In this document: positions 46,255 to 56,437 of the stretch, piece by piece | How the letters are laid out: the number at the start of each line of letters is the position of its first letter | Numbering within the stretch: position 1 is the first letter of the stretch | DNA from: Mycobacteriales bacterium | GTDB taxonomy: Bacteria; Actinomycetota; Actinomycetes; Mycobacteriales; JBJMIH01 | Direction of reading: 5' to 3' | NCBI GenBank assembly: GCA_045806985.1 | Contig: JBJMIH010000081.1 | Coordinates: forward strand, 7,669-71,668 | DNA length: 64,000 bases | Translations under genes and position numbers: made by a program | Notes under the pieces: model-generated | Database searches by the model: none | Seen by the model: the letters and a program-made list of their open reading frames with translations, nothing else | What the model was told of the DNA's origin: nothing

Positions 46255-47339
46255 GGAGGTTCCGGTTCCGTACCGTCGCCGCGCTGGCCGGCACGGTCGT
46301 GGTCGTCGGGGTCGCCGCCACGGCCGCGGTCGGTTTCGGCGGCGGCGGCGGTACCTCGAAGGCCTCGAACCTGCCGCCGGCGACCGCGAAGGTGGTTCGC
46401 ACCACCCTGACCGACACCGAGAAGGTGCAGGGCACGCTCGGGTACGGCGACCCGACCACGCTCACCGCCCGCGGCGGCGGGGGCGGCGGGGCCGGCACGG
46501 TCACCTGGCTGCCGTCGCCCGGCTCGGTGATCGGCCAGGGCAAGACCGTGTACAGCGTGGACGCGAGGCCGGTGGTGCTGATCCACGGCTCGCTGCCGCT
46601 GTACCGGCCGCTCGCGCCCGGCGTCAGCGGCCCGGACGTGCTGGAGTTCGAGACGGCGCTGGCCGCGCTCGGGTACGGCGGCTTCACCGCCGACGACGAC
46701 TACACCAGCGGCACCGCCGACGCCGTCAGGTCGTGGCAGTCCGACCTGGGCCTGACCGCGACCGGGACGGTCGCCGTCGACCAGGTCGTGGTCGCGGCCG
46801 CCGACATCAGGGTGGAGGAGCTGAAGACCAGCATCGGCACCCCGGCCAACGGCCCGATCCTCACCTGGACCGGCACCACCCGTACCGTCTCGATCGACCT
46901 CGACGTGGCCAAGCAGCAGCTCGCCAAGGTGGGCGCGCCGGCCACCCTGACGCTGCCGGACGGCCGCTCCGTCGACGGCACGGTGAGCCAGGTCGGCACC
47001 GTCGCCACCGCCAAGTCGCAGGGCCCGAGCGGCGGGCAGACCCCGGACAGCACCGACAGCACCATCAAGGTCACCGTGGACGTCAAGGACCAGCAGGCGC
47101 TGGGCGCGTACGACGAGGCGCCGGTCGACATCACGCTGGTGTCTGACAAGCACGAGAACGTGCTGGCCGTACCGGTCGGGGCGCTGGTGGCGCTGACCGA
47201 GGGCGGGTACGGCGTGCAGGTCGTGGACGGCACCGCCACCCGCTACCTGCCGGTCAGGACCGGCCTGTTCGCCGACGGCAAGGTCGAGGTCTCCGGTGAC
47301 GGCCTGCGCGAGGGCATGACGGTGGGAGTGCCGCGATGA
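46251..47339 (+). CDS. Efflux adaptor-like protein with a peptidoglycan-binding segment
   Basis: [27 protein letters not shown]-binding segment, LAVPVGAL; GTGA overlap. Confidence 0.85.
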   Translation: MRRFRFRTVAALAGTVVVVGVAATAAVGFGGGGGTSKASNLPPATAKVVRTTLTDTEKVQGTLGYGDPTTLTARGGGGGGAGTVTWLPSPGSVIGQGKTVYSVDARPVVLIHGSLPLYRPLAPGVSGPDVLEFETALAALGYGGFTADDDYTSGTADAVRSWQSDLGLTATGTVAVDQVVVAAADIRVEELKTSIGTPANGPILTWTGTTRTVSIDLDVAKQQLAKVGAPATLTLPDGRSVDGTVSQVGTVATAKSQGPSGGQTPDSTDSTIKVTVDVKDQQALGAYDEAPVDITLVSDKHENVLAVPVGALVALTEGGYGVQVVDGTATRYLPVRTGLFADGKVEVSGDGLREGMTVGVPR

Positions 47340-48031
47340 CGACCGTTCTCGAGTTGGCCGAGGTGAGCAAGGTGTACGCCGGCGGCGTGGCCGCGCTGCG
47401 CGGCGTGTCGCTCACCGTGCGGCAGGGCGAGCTGGTCGCCGTCGTCGGGCCGTCCGGGTCGGGCAAGTCCACGCTGCTCCAGGTGATGGGCACGCTGGAC
47501 CGGCCGACGTCCGGGACGGTACGGGTGGGCGGGCACGACGTCGCCGCGCTGTCCGACCGGGCGCTGTCGGCGCTGCGGGCCAGCACGATCGGGTTCGTGT
47601 TCCAGCAGTTCCACCTGGCCAGGGGCGTACCGGCGGTGGACAACGTCGCCGACGGGCTGCTGTACGCGGGCGTGCCGCTGAGCGAGCGGCGCCGCCGGGC
47701 CAGGGCGGCGCTGGAACGGGTCGGGCTTGGGCACCGCCTCGACCACCGCTCCCACCAGCTGTCCGGTGGCGAGCGGCAGCGCGTCGCCATCGCCAGGGCC
47801 GTCGTCGGCAACCCGCCGCTGCTGCTGGCCGACGAGCCGACCGGCAACCTGGACTCGCGCTCCGGTACGGGCGTGATGGAGCTGCTGCGGGAGCTGCACG
47901 CCGCCGGTACCACCGTCATGGTGATCACCCACGACCGGGACATCGCGGAGTCGCTGGACCGGCGGGTGGAGATGCGCGACGGCGAAGTGATCCACGACTC
48001 CGCCCTGGCCATGGAGGCGAGCCCGCGATGA
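47336..48031 (+). CDS. ABC transporter ATP-binding protein (MacB/LolD-like)
   Basis: [27 protein letters not shown]. Confidence 0.95.
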   Translation: MTTVLELAEVSKVYAGGVAALRGVSLTVRQGELVAVVGPSGSGKSTLLQVMGTLDRPTSGTVRVGGHDVAALSDRALSALRASTIGFVFQQFHLARGVPAVDNVADGLLYAGVPLSERRRRARAALERVGLGHRLDHRSHQLSGGERQRVAIARAVVGNPPLLLADEPTGNLDSRSGTGVMELLRELHAAGTTVMVITHDRDIAESLDRRVEMRDGEVIHDSALAMEASPR

Positions 48032-49236
48032 CGACGACACTGCCCACTCCCGTACCGGCGCGGCTGCGGCCGCGGGACGTGATCCGGGTCGGCGGCAGCG
48101 GGTTGCGGGCGCGGCCGCTGCGGGTGTTCCTGTCCGCGCTCGGCATCGCGATCGGCATCGCCGCGATGCTGTCGGTGGTGGGGATCTCCACCTCCAGCCA
48201 CGCCGACCTGGACCGCCAGCTCAGCGCCCTCGGCACCAACCTGCTTCGGGTCAGCCCCGGCAAGACGCTGTTCGGCGACAACTCCGAACTGCCGGACACG
48301 GCGATCCCGATGATCGACCGCATCCCGCCGGTGACGTCGGTGACCGCGACCGGGTCGACCAGCGCGAAGGTGTACCGCAACGACCACATCCCCAGCGCCG
48401 AGTCCGGCGGCATCGCGGTGCTGGCGGCGCGGACCGACCTGCTGCACACGGTGGGCGCGACCGTCGCCTCCGGCGCGTGGCTGAACGCCGCCACCGCCCA
48501 GTACCCGGCCGTCGTCCTCGGCCACGAGGCCGCGGCCCGGCTCGGCGTGAGCGACGCCGGGCCGGACTCGCGGGTGTACCTCGGCGACCAGTGGTTCTCG
48601 GTGGTGGGCATCCTCGCGCCGGCACCGCTCGCGCCGGAGCTCGACACGGCGGCGCTGGTGGGGTGGCCGGTGGCGCAGGCGCGGCTCGGCTTCGACGGGC
48701 ACGCCACCACCGTGTACACCCGGGCCGAGGACAGCGCGGTCGACGACGTGCAGGCCGTGCTGGGCGCGACGGCGAACCCGGAGAACCCGAACGAGGTCAA
48801 CGTGTCCCGGCCGTCCGACGCGCTCGCCGCCAAGCAGGCCACCGACGACACGCTGAACGCGCTGCTGCTCGGCCTGGGCGCGGTCGCGCTGCTGGTCGGC
48901 GGTGTCGGCGTTGCGAACACGATGGTGATCTCGGTGCTGGAACGGCGGGCCGAGATCGGCCTGCGCCGGGCGCTCGGCGCCACCCGCGGCCAGATCCGGG
49001 TGCAGTTCCTGGCCGAGTCGCTGCTGCTGTCGGCGCTGGGCGGCATCGGCGGGGTGCTGCTCGGCATCGGCGTGACGGTGGCGTACGCGGCCAGCCAGGG
49101 CTGGCCGTCGGTGGTACCGGCACTGGCCATGGCCGGCGGCGTCGCCGCGACCCTGGTCATCGGCGGTCTCGCCGGCTTCTACCCGGCCGTCCGCGCCGCC
49201 CGCCTCTCCCCCACCGAAGCCCTCGCGGCACCGTAA
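48028..49236 (+). CDS. ABC transporter permease (MacB/FtsX-like)
   Basis: [37 protein letters not shown]. Confidence 0.93.
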   Translation: MTTTLPTPVPARLRPRDVIRVGGSGLRARPLRVFLSALGIAIGIAAMLSVVGISTSSHADLDRQLSALGTNLLRVSPGKTLFGDNSELPDTAIPMIDRIPPVTSVTATGSTSAKVYRNDHIPSAESGGIAVLAARTDLLHTVGATVASGAWLNAATAQYPAVVLGHEAAARLGVSDAGPDSRVYLGDQWFSVVGILAPAPLAPELDTAALVGWPVAQARLGFDGHATTVYTRAEDSAVDDVQAVLGATANPENPNEVNVSRPSDALAAKQATDDTLNALLLGLGAVALLVGGVGVANTMVISVLERRAEIGLRRALGATRGQIRVQFLAESLLLSALGGIGGVLLGIGVTVAYAASQGWPSVVPALAMAGGVAATLVIGGLAGFYPAVRAARLSPTEALAAP

Positions 49237-49267
49237 AACGGCTTGGGTGCGGTGTTACGGTGCCGGC

Positions 49268-49285
49268 ATGAGTTGGCGACATTGA
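49268..49285 (+). other. Five-codon upstream ORF MSWRH-UGA, probably leaderless, in frame with the MFS gene
   Basis: TGT-TACGGT extended -10 at 49253-49261, 6 nt before ATG AGT TGG CGA CAT TGA. Confidence 0.5.
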
Positions 49286-50422
49286 TCCTCCCCTGAGTCT
49301 GAACCCGGGTCGGCGGTCGCGCGGCGGCTGTACGCGTACGCGTTCCTCTCCGACCTGGTGCTGCTGTACCCGGTGTATGCGGTGCTGTTCGCGCGGGCCG
49401 GGCTGTCGGCGGCGGCGATCTCGTCGCTGTTCGTCATCTGGTCGCTGACCGGGTTCGTGCTGGAGGTGCCGACCGGCGCGCTGGCGGACCGGTGCTCCCG
49501 CCGGCTGCTGCTGACCGCGGCGCCGGTGCTGGCCGGGGCCGGATTCGCGCTGTGGACGTTCCTGCCCGGGTACCCGTCGTTCGCGCTCGGCTTCGTGCTG
49601 TGGGGCGCGGGCGACGCGCTCCGGTCCGGGACGTTGCAGGCGGCGGTGTACACCGAGCTCGACCGGGCCGGCGCGGCGGGCGCGTACGAGCGCCTCACCG
49701 GCCGCGCGGGCGCGCTCAGCACGGTGGCGATCATGGTGGCGAGCGGGCTGGCCGTGCCGGTGCTGGCCGCCGGCGGCTTCCGGGCGGTGGGCGTGGCGAG
49801 CGTGGCCGCGACACTGCTCGCGGCGGTGGCCGGGGCCGCGTTCCCGGACCGGCGGGACGGCAAGCCGCCGCCGGCCGCCGGGTACCTGGGCACGCTCCGG
49901 GCCGGACTCGCCGAGGTGCGGGCCGCCGCCCCGGTACGCCGCTCGCTGGCGCTGGTCGCGCTGCTGCTCGGGCTGGGCGCGCTGGAGGAGTACCTGCCGC
50001 TGCTGGCCCGGTCGACGCGCGTCGGCACGGCCGCCGTACCGCTGCTGGTGCTGCTGGTCACGGCCGGCGAGGCCGTGGGCGGCTGGTGCGCGGGGCGGGG
50101 GCGCCGGTGGGCGGTGCCCGTGCTGGTGCTCGGCGCGGGCTGCCTGGCGGTGGGCGCGGGCAGCGGCCACCCGGCCGGGCTGGTGCTGGTCGCGGCGGCG
50201 GCGGGTGCCTTCCGGTGGGCGTCGGTGGGCGCGGAGGCGCGGCTCCAGGACCGGATCGGCGACGACGCCAGGGCGACCACCACCTCGATGGCCGCCCTGG
50301 CCGCCGAGGTGGTGGCGCTGCTGACGTTCGCCGGCTACGCGCTCGGCGCGACCTGGCTGGGTCCCGGCGCGCTGTTCGCCCTGGCCGCCCTCCCGTACCT
50401 GCTGGCGGCCCGGCTCTGGTGA
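49286..50422 (+). CDS. MFS transporter; the open frame starts after the UGA at 49283-49285 and the first ATG/GTG/TTG is at 49358
   Basis: RRLYAYAFLSDLVLLYPVYAVLF, LEVPTGALADR, ARATTTS; start uncertain. Confidence 0.8.
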   Translation, partial: SSPESEPGSAVARRLYAYAFLSDLVLLYPVYAVLFARAGLSAAAISSLFVIWSLTGFVLEVPTGALADRCSRRLLLTAAPVLAGAGFALWTFLPGYPSFALGFVLWGAGDALRSGTLQAAVYTELDRAGAAGAYERLTGRAGALSTVAIMVASGLAVPVLAAGGFRAVGVASVAATLLAAVAGAAFPDRRDGKPPPAAGYLGTLRAGLAEVRAAAPVRRSLALVALLLGLGALEEYLPLLARSTRVGTAAVPLLVLLVTAGEAVGGWCAGRGRRWAVPVLVLGAGCLAVGAGSGHPAGLVLVAAAAGAFRWASVGAEARLQDRIGDDARATTTSMAALAAEVVALLTFAGYALGATWLGPGALFALAALPYLLAARLW

Positions 50423-50425
50423 CCG

Positions 50426-51463
50426 CTACTTCGCCGGGCCGGGGAGGACGGCGATGGCCTGGACCAGCGCGGAGCGGCCTTCGGGGGCCAGGGTGACGGC
50501 CGGGCCGAACCAGACCTCCAGCCAGGAGCCGTCGCCGAGGTCGACGTCGGCGTAGTGGTCGCGCAGCACGGCCGGGTGACCGTGGTAGCTGAACGACCGG
50601 CCCGCCGACAGATCGCTGGACGGCACGCGCAGCAGCTCGGCAGAGATCTGAAGGGCGGGGTCGGTCCTGCCGCCCGGCGTGATGACGGTCTCGGGCCCGG
50701 CGCTGTGGACGTAGGCGTACCCGTCCGGGCCGAGCGTGAACAGCACCCGGTACTCGGTAGTCACCGGCTGGTCCACCAGGCCGCGGGCGACCTGAAGTGC
50801 CTCATCGCGGGCGGATGGGCGCGGCTTCTTCGACATGGCCCGGACCAGCACCCACTGGTCGGCCTCGCGCTGCCACCGGACGTCGGCGCCGTGGTCGGTC
50901 CGGTAGACGTCGGCGGTCCTGCCGTTCACGTCGGCCCGGGTGTGCCGGGCCCCGGGCTCCGGCTGGTACGTCGGGCTGTCGACGCTGATCGTCACCAGGA
51001 TCTGGGTGCCGGCGACCTGGTGGTCGGCGGTGCCCACGGCGACCAGGCCCAGAGTGCCGCTGTCCGTGACCGACGGCGTGAACGGGGCGTAGCCGGTCGG
51101 GAGGCTGGTGGCCCGGAGCGGTAGGTGGATGTCGGCCGGCAGCTTGAGCGGCTGCAGTGGCGGACGCGTTGCCTCGGCGGTCCTGTCGGGTGGCGGCTGG
51201 TAGGCCGGTGGTGTGGCCGTCGACCCGGGCTTCGGCGTGCTTTCGCCGACCGACGCGCTGCCGCCGCCGCGCGGCCACAGTACGGGCAGGGCGGCGCCGG
51301 TCGCCGCCACCACGATGAATGCCCCGGCGGCCGCGATCCGGCGGCGGCGTGCCCGGCTGGCCCGCCGGGCCACGACGGCGAGGATCTCCCCGCCGCTGTC
51401 GGTCGACCCGGGATCGTGCGCCGCGAACGTGCGGCGCAGTTCTTCCTCCACGAAGTGGGTCAC
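50426..51463 (-). CDS. Membrane protein, putative anti-sigma factor
   Basis: EEELRRTF, RRASRARRRR followed by one TM and an extracellular domain; GTGA coupling to the sigma gene. Confidence 0.7.
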   Translation of the reverse strand: MTHFVEEELRRTFAAHDPGSTDSGGEILAVVARRASRARRRRIAAAGAFIVVAATGAALPVLWPRGGGSASVGESTPKPGSTATPPAYQPPPDRTAEATRPPLQPLKLPADIHLPLRATSLPTGYAPFTPSVTDSGTLGLVAVGTADHQVAGTQILVTISVDSPTYQPEPGARHTRADVNGRTADVYRTDHGADVRWQREADQWVLVRAMSKKPRPSARDEALQVARGLVDQPVTTEYRVLFTLGPDGYAYVHSAGPETVITPGGRTDPALQISAELLRVPSSDLSAGRSFSYHGHPAVLRDHYADVDLGDGSWLEVWFGPAVTLAPEGRSALVQAIAVLPGPAK

Positions 51464-51972
51464 TTCTGCTCCCTCGACTGGATCGTCAGGCCCGGCGCCA
51501 GCCGCTCCCGCAGTGTGGCCAGGGCCCGTGAGGCGTACCCGCGTACGGTGCCGACCGCGCAGCCCAGCACCTCCGCGATGTCGTCGTCGGTGAGCCCCTC
51601 GTAGTAGCGGAGGACGAGTACGGCGCGTTGCTGGCGAGGGAGCCCGGCGAGCAGCAGCCACATCTCGTCCCGTTCGACGGTGCGCGCCGCCGGATCGGGT
51701 GTGGCCGGGCCGCCGCCGGCCGTGGCGGGATCGTCGGTCAGCACGTCGCGCTTCCACCGCGCGTGCCGCCGCCACCCCAGGTACACGTTGGTGAGCATGC
51801 GTCTCACGTACAGCTCGGGCCGGTCGGCACGGCGCACCCGCCACCACTTCAGCTGTACCCGCACCAGGGTGTCCTGGACGAGGTCCTGGGCCTCGTGCGG
51901 GTCGCCGGTGAGCATGTGCGCGTACCGCAACAGTGCCGGCAGCCGGACCGCCGCGAACTCCTCGAACGTCAC
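51460..51972 (-). CDS. ECF sigma factor (SigE-like family)
   Basis: AQDLVQ, LPRQQRAVLVLRYY, IAEVLGCAVGTV. Confidence 0.93.
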   Translation of the reverse strand: MTFEEFAAVRLPALLRYAHMLTGDPHEAQDLVQDTLVRVQLKWWRVRRADRPELYVRRMLTNVYLGWRRHARWKRDVLTDDPATAGGGPATPDPAARTVERDEMWLLLAGLPRQQRAVLVLRYYEGLTDDDIAEVLGCAVGTVRGYASRALATLRERLAPGLTIQSREQK

Positions 51973-52042
51973 CGCGTCCTCCGGGATCGGGTCTCACCTC
52001 TCAGATGCGCCCGACCCCCCGGAACATTGCGCGGACCGGCGG

Positions 52043-55000
52043 TCAGACGCGGCCCAGCTCGGCGCCGCGGGCGCCGGGGACGGTGCCGGCCTCGGCGAGG
52101 CCGAGCGCGGTGAACAGATCGCGGGCGGTGTCCCAGGCCTCGCGGGCGCGGGCGGAGTCGCCGGTGGCCGCGTAGACCTCGCCCAGCCCGCGCAGGGCGC
52201 GCGCCCGGTCCAGGTCGCAGCGCAGCTCGGCGAGCAGCCCGGCCGCCTCGGTGTACTGCCGGGCCGCCGCCGCCCACCGGCCCCTGCCCTGCTCCAGCGC
52301 GCCGAGCGCGCGCAGCGTCCTGGCCCTGATCAGCCGGGTGTGCCGGCACACCTCGAGGCCCTGCCGGAGCAGGTCCTCGGCCTCCCGGAACCGGCCCTGC
52401 GCGGTGCGGATCTCGCCCATCTCCAGCAGGCCGGTCGCCTCGGTGCGGTGGTCGCCGCGGGCCGCGCCGCGCTCCCGGAACCGGCTGATGTAGGACGTCG
52501 CGACGGCCAGCTCGCCGCGCAGCCGGTACGCGGCGGCCAGCCAGCGCAGGCAGGTCATCTCGCCGTAGTGGTTGCCGCGGGCGAGGTACACGCGCAGCGC
52601 GTCGGCGCACGCGGTCACCGCCTCGTCCAGGTGGCCCTGTTCCAGCCGCACGCTGCCGGCGCAGCAGCGCAGGTACGCGAGCACGTCCTCGTCGCCGTCG
52701 CAGACCGCCTCGGCCTCCCGGCAGCGGCGCAGCGCCACGTCCAGTTCGCCGGTGATGCGGTACATCATCGCCGCCACCCCGCGCGCCCGCGCCTCGCCGG
52801 ACCGGTCACCGGCGGCGGCGAACGCGGCCGCGGCCTGCTGGGCACAATCCAGAGCGGACAGGAACTCGCCCAGGTCGGAGTGGCACTCGGCGAGGCCGAG
52901 CAGCACCGCGCCGACACCGCGCTGGTCGCCGGACGCCCGCGCCGCGACGATCGCCGTCTCGTGCCCGGACCGCCAGTCGTCCATGTACCCGCACGCGCTC
53001 AGCGGGTCGGCGAGCGCGCAGGCCAGCTCCCAGCACAGCTCGTTCAGCCCGGCGGCCGCGGCCTGCTCGACGCCGGCGACCAGCGCCGGCCGCTCCGCCA
53101 CGAACCAGGCGAGCGGGTCGTCGACCAGCCGCTCCACGTCGGCGGCCGGCAGCGGCGCGGCCAGCGCGGCGCTCCCGGCCAGCGGCGGGTAGCTGAGGCT
53201 GAGCCGCTGGTTGGCGGCACGCACCACGGTGAGCACCGCGCCGAGCGCGCGGGAGAGCGCGGCCTGCCGCCCGGCCGCCGGTTCGGCCGCCTCGGCCCGC
53301 TCCCTGGCGTACACCCGGAGCAGGTCGTGGAACCGGTACCGGACGCCGCCCCTGCCATCCCGCACCGCGTCCATCACCTGGCGCTCCACCAGCCGGTCCA
53401 GCACCTCCTCCGCGGCCGGAATCGTCAGCTGGAGCATCGCGGCCGCCAGCCACGCCCCGAACGTCGGCGCGTCCAGCAGGCCGAGCAGCCGGAACGCGCG
53501 CCGCTCCGGCTCGTCCAGGCCCTGGTAGCTGAGCCCGGCCGAGGCGCGTACCTCCAGGTCGCCGACGCGCAGCTCGTCCAGCCGGCCACGCTCGTCGGAC
53601 AGCCGCGCCACCAGGTGACCCAGTGTCCAGTGCGGACGGCTGGCCAGCCGGGCGCCGGCGATCCGCACCGCCAGCGGCAGCCCGCCGCACAGCCGGACCA
53701 GCTCCTCGGCGGCGGCCGGCTCGGCGGCGGCCCTGCCGTCGCCGACGGTACGGGCGAGCAGGCCGGTGGCGTCCCGGACCCCGAGCACGTCCAGGTGGAT
53801 CCGGCGTACCCCCTCCAGCCCGGGCAGCATCGCCCGGCTGGTCACCACCACCGCGCAGGTGCGGCCGGGCAGCAGCGGCCGCACCTGGGCCTCGCCGGCG
53901 GCGTCGTCGAGCAGCACCAGCACCTTCCGGTCGGCGAGCCGGCTCCGGTACAGCGCGGCCCGCTCGTCCAGGCTGCCCGGCATCGCCCCGGCGGTGACGC
54001 CGAGCGCCCGCAGCAGTTGGGCGAGCACGTGCCGCGGGTCGGCGGGGCGCGCCTCCGCGCCGCGCAGGTTGACGTAGAGCTGGCCGTCCGGGAAGGCGTC
54101 CTGGACCTGGTGGGCGACGTGCACGGCGAGCGCGGTCTTGCCGACGCCGCCCTGGCCGACGACCAGCGCGACCGGCCGCGCCCCGCCGGCCGCGGTGTCG
54201 GCGAGCAGGCCGCGCAGGGTGGTGACCTCGGCCTCGCGGCTGACGAAGTCCGCGATCGCGGCCGGCAGCTGGTGTGGCGTCGGCATCCGCGTCGGCGCGG
54301 ACGGGGCGGTGGCGGCCACCGGGACGGGTTCCACGGAGGTGTCGGCCTCCAGGATGCGGCGGTGCAGCTCGCGCAGCTCCGGGCCGGGCTCGACGGCCAG
54401 CTCGGTGACGAGCACCCGGCGGACCTCGGCGTACGCCTCCAGCGCGGCCGCCTGCCGGCCGGACCGGTACAGGGCGAGGATGAGCTGTGCCCACGGCCGC
54501 TCCCGCAGCGGGTCGGCGTCCACGGCGGCCCGCAGCTCGGTGATCAGCTGCCCGCTCTCGCCGGCCGCGAGCCGCATGTCGACCAGTTCCTCCGTCACCA
54601 CCTGGCGGGACTCCAGCAGCCGCAGCACGTGCGCCTGGAGGCTCGGCCAGCAGTCGACGTCCTCGAACGGCCGGCCCCGCCAGCGGTTCAGCGCCGCACG
54701 GAACCGCTGCGCCGCCTCCTGGACCCGGTCGGCCTCCGCCGCCGCCCGGCCGGCGGCCACCAGGTCGGCGTACTCCAACGAGTCCAGCTCGCCGTCGGCC
54801 AGTTCGAGCAGGTATCCGCCGCGGCGGTGCAGCAGCCGGCTGGCGAACGGGGCGCCGTCCGGGAACGGGAGCTGGCGGATGGACGCCACGTGGTTGCGGA
54901 GGTTGGCCGCGGCCGAGCGCGGCGGATCGTCGCCCCAGACCGCCTGGACCAGGTGTTCGGTCGGGACGAACTCGTTGACCCGCTCGACCAGGGCGGCGAC

Positions 55001-55108
55001 GAGCGCCCGCTGCCGCGCGGACGGGAAGGTCACCGCGCCGGCCGTGTCTCCCCGGCCGGCGAGGACGGCAACCGGGCCCAGTACCTGAAGCTGCCACCTA
55101 CGCATCAT
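52043..55108 (-). CDS. AfsR/SARP family regulator (wHTH-BTAD-NB-ARC-TPR)
   Basis: VLGPV, LALYRSGRQ, GQGGVGKT, LLDDA, GLPLAVRIAG, FHDLLR, TPRs. Confidence 0.92.
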   Translation of the reverse strand: MMRRWQLQVLGPVAVLAGRGDTAGAVTFPSARQRALVAALVERVNEFVPTEHLVQAVWGDDPPRSAAANLRNHVASIRQLPFPDGAPFASRLLHRRGGYLLELADGELDSLEYADLVAAGRAAAEADRVQEAAQRFRAALNRWRGRPFEDVDCWPSLQAHVLRLLESRQVVTEELVDMRLAAGESGQLITELRAAVDADPLRERPWAQLILALYRSGRQAAALEAYAEVRRVLVTELAVEPGPELRELHRRILEADTSVEPVPVAATAPSAPTRMPTPHQLPAAIADFVSREAEVTTLRGLLADTAAGGARPVALVVGQGGVGKTALAVHVAHQVQDAFPDGQLYVNLRGAEARPADPRHVLAQLLRALGVTAGAMPGSLDERAALYRSRLADRKVLVLLDDAAGEAQVRPLLPGRTCAVVVTSRAMLPGLEGVRRIHLDVLGVRDATGLLARTVGDGRAAAEPAAAEELVRLCGGLPLAVRIAGARLASRPHWTLGHLVARLSDERGRLDELRVGDLEVRASAGLSYQGLDEPERRAFRLLGLLDAPTFGAWLAAAMLQLTIPAAEEVLDRLVERQVMDAVRDGRGGVRYRFHDLLRVYARERAEAAEPAAGRQAALSRALGAVLTVVRAANQRLSLSYPPLAGSAALAAPLPAADVERLVDDPLAWFVAERPALVAGVEQAAAAGLNELCWELACALADPLSACGYMDDWRSGHETAIVAARASGDQRGVGAVLLGLAECHSDLGEFLSALDCAQQAAAAFAAAGDRSGEARARGVAAMMYRITGELDVALRRCREAEAVCDGDEDVLAYLRCCAGSVRLEQGHLDEAVTACADALRVYLARGNHYGEMTCLRWLAAAYRLRGELAVATSYISRFRERGAARGDHRTEATGLLEMGEIRTAQGRFREAEDLLRQGLEVCRHTRLIRARTLRALGALEQGRGRWAAAARQYTEAAGLLAELRCDLDRARALRGLGEVYAATGDSARAREAWDTARDLFTALGLAEAGTVPGARGAELGRV

Positions 55109-55275
55109 GGGTTTCCGGCACACCCTGTCGGAGATGTCCGGAGGACGATACCACCGCCCGTAACCGGATTACGGACAGTAACACATTAGATACCTGCCCG
55201 TTGCGTTATGCAACGGATGTGCACGGACGTCCTAGCGTCCCCGTTCGTCCCGGATCGCCAGAGAAAGGGTCGTTC

Positions 55276-56304
55276 GTGTCCAGGTTCAGACTCAGCCGGC
55301 GCGCGCGCCGGATCACCGTCGTCGGCGTCATCGCCGCCTCCGTCACCGGCGGCGCCGTCGTCGCCACCCTCCACCAGGCGTCGGCCTCGACGGCCGGCGG
55401 CACGATCAGCCGGTCCGAGGTGATCTCGCGGGCGCACGACTGGTGGACCCGCTCGCCGCGGCTGAAGTACAACTCGTCGCGGGCCTCCGGCACCCTGGTC
55501 AAGGACGTGGACGGGCAGCACAGGTACGGGCCCGACTGCTCCGGCATGGTCTCGATGGCGTGGCACCTCAACCCGGGCAAGTACGGCGGGCTCAACACGT
55601 CCACACTGCCCAGCGCCGCGGTCGCGATCAACCGCAACGACCTCCAGGCGGGCGACATGCTCGACGACACCATCGACGGGCACGCGGTGCTGTTCGAGGG
55701 CTGGAAGTCCGACCACGTGCACTTCTCGTACTACAGCTTCGGCTCCACCCCGATGCGCCACTACGACGGCGGCGGCGGCTCCAACGAGGGCCCGCTCGGC
55801 ACCTTCGCCTCCGGCGCGAAGATCGCCTCGCACCCCGCGTCGCACTACTCGGCGTACCGGTACAAGAACATCACCGGCGGCAGCACCCCACCGCCGCCGC
55901 CCTCGGCGAACTGGCCGACCGTGAAGCAGGGCGCCACCGGCGAGCGGGTCAGGAGCGTCCAGTACCTGCTCAACCGGACCGGCGCCGGCCTGTCGGTGGA
56001 CGGCAACTTCGGCCCGGGCACCGCCACGGCGGTGCGGAACTTCCAGAAGTCGCACGGGCTGGGCGTGGACGGGATCGTCGGGTCGCAGACGTGGCCGGCC
56101 CTCGCCGTCACTGTCGCCCAGGGCGACACCGGTGACGCGGTCAGGGCGTTGCAGAGCGAGCTCACCGCGCACGGGTACGCGACCACGGTGGACGGCAACT
56201 TCGGCCCCGGCACCAGCTCCAGCGTGCGGGCCTTCCAGTCACACGCCGGCATCGGCGTCGACGGCGTCGTCGGCCCCATCACGTGGCGGTACCTCGTCTC
56301 CTGA
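55276..56304 (+). CDS. Secreted NlpC/P60-like cell-wall hydrolase with two peptidoglycan-binding domains
   Basis: DCSGMVSMAW, LQAGD, HAVLF; two VDGNFGPGT..VR.FQ..VDG.VG..TW repeats. Confidence 0.82.
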   Translation: MSRFRLSRRARRITVVGVIAASVTGGAVVATLHQASASTAGGTISRSEVISRAHDWWTRSPRLKYNSSRASGTLVKDVDGQHRYGPDCSGMVSMAWHLNPGKYGGLNTSTLPSAAVAINRNDLQAGDMLDDTIDGHAVLFEGWKSDHVHFSYYSFGSTPMRHYDGGGGSNEGPLGTFASGAKIASHPASHYSAYRYKNITGGSTPPPPPSANWPTVKQGATGERVRSVQYLLNRTGAGLSVDGNFGPGTATAVRNFQKSHGLGVDGIVGSQTWPALAVTVAQGDTGDAVRALQSELTAHGYATTVDGNFGPGTSSSVRAFQSHAGIGVDGVVGPITWRYLVS

Positions 56305-56335
56305 CGGACCGCGCAGAGCCACCCATCCCACAGAA

Positions 56336-56378
56336 CCGCGTTCCCGCGCCGCAATCCCCCCGCGGCGCGGGAACGCGG
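56336..56378 (+). terminator. Intrinsic terminator-like hairpin
   Basis: Perfect 17-bp stem CCGCGTTCCCGCGCCGC / GCGGCGCGGGAACGCGG, followed by CTTT. Confidence 0.75.
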
Positions 56379-56395
56379 CTTTCGGTCGTCGATGT

Positions 56396-56425
56396 GTACT
56401 CGCCTGCGAGTACTCGTCAACGAGT
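56396..56425. promoter_or_regulatory. Tandem inverted repeats, probable PadR operator
   Basis: GTACTCG-N4-CGAGTAC overlapping ACTCG-N4-CGAGT just upstream of the padR-like gene. Confidence 0.6.
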
Positions 56426-56437
56426 GAGAGGCGGAGC

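Noticed and set aside
43499-49236. Two-component system, lipoprotein, adaptor and ABC operon as a novel system
   Set aside because: Common actinobacterial MacAB/YknWXYZ-like arrangement; annotated as features only
49283-49285. Selenocysteine codon
   Set aside because: The position is not a catalytic Cys equivalent, the protein is a transporter, and I see no convincing SECIS-like hairpin
51680-55189. 1169-aa plus-strand ORF and similar long ORFs opposite real genes
   Set aside because: High-GC antisense shadows with no recognisable motifs
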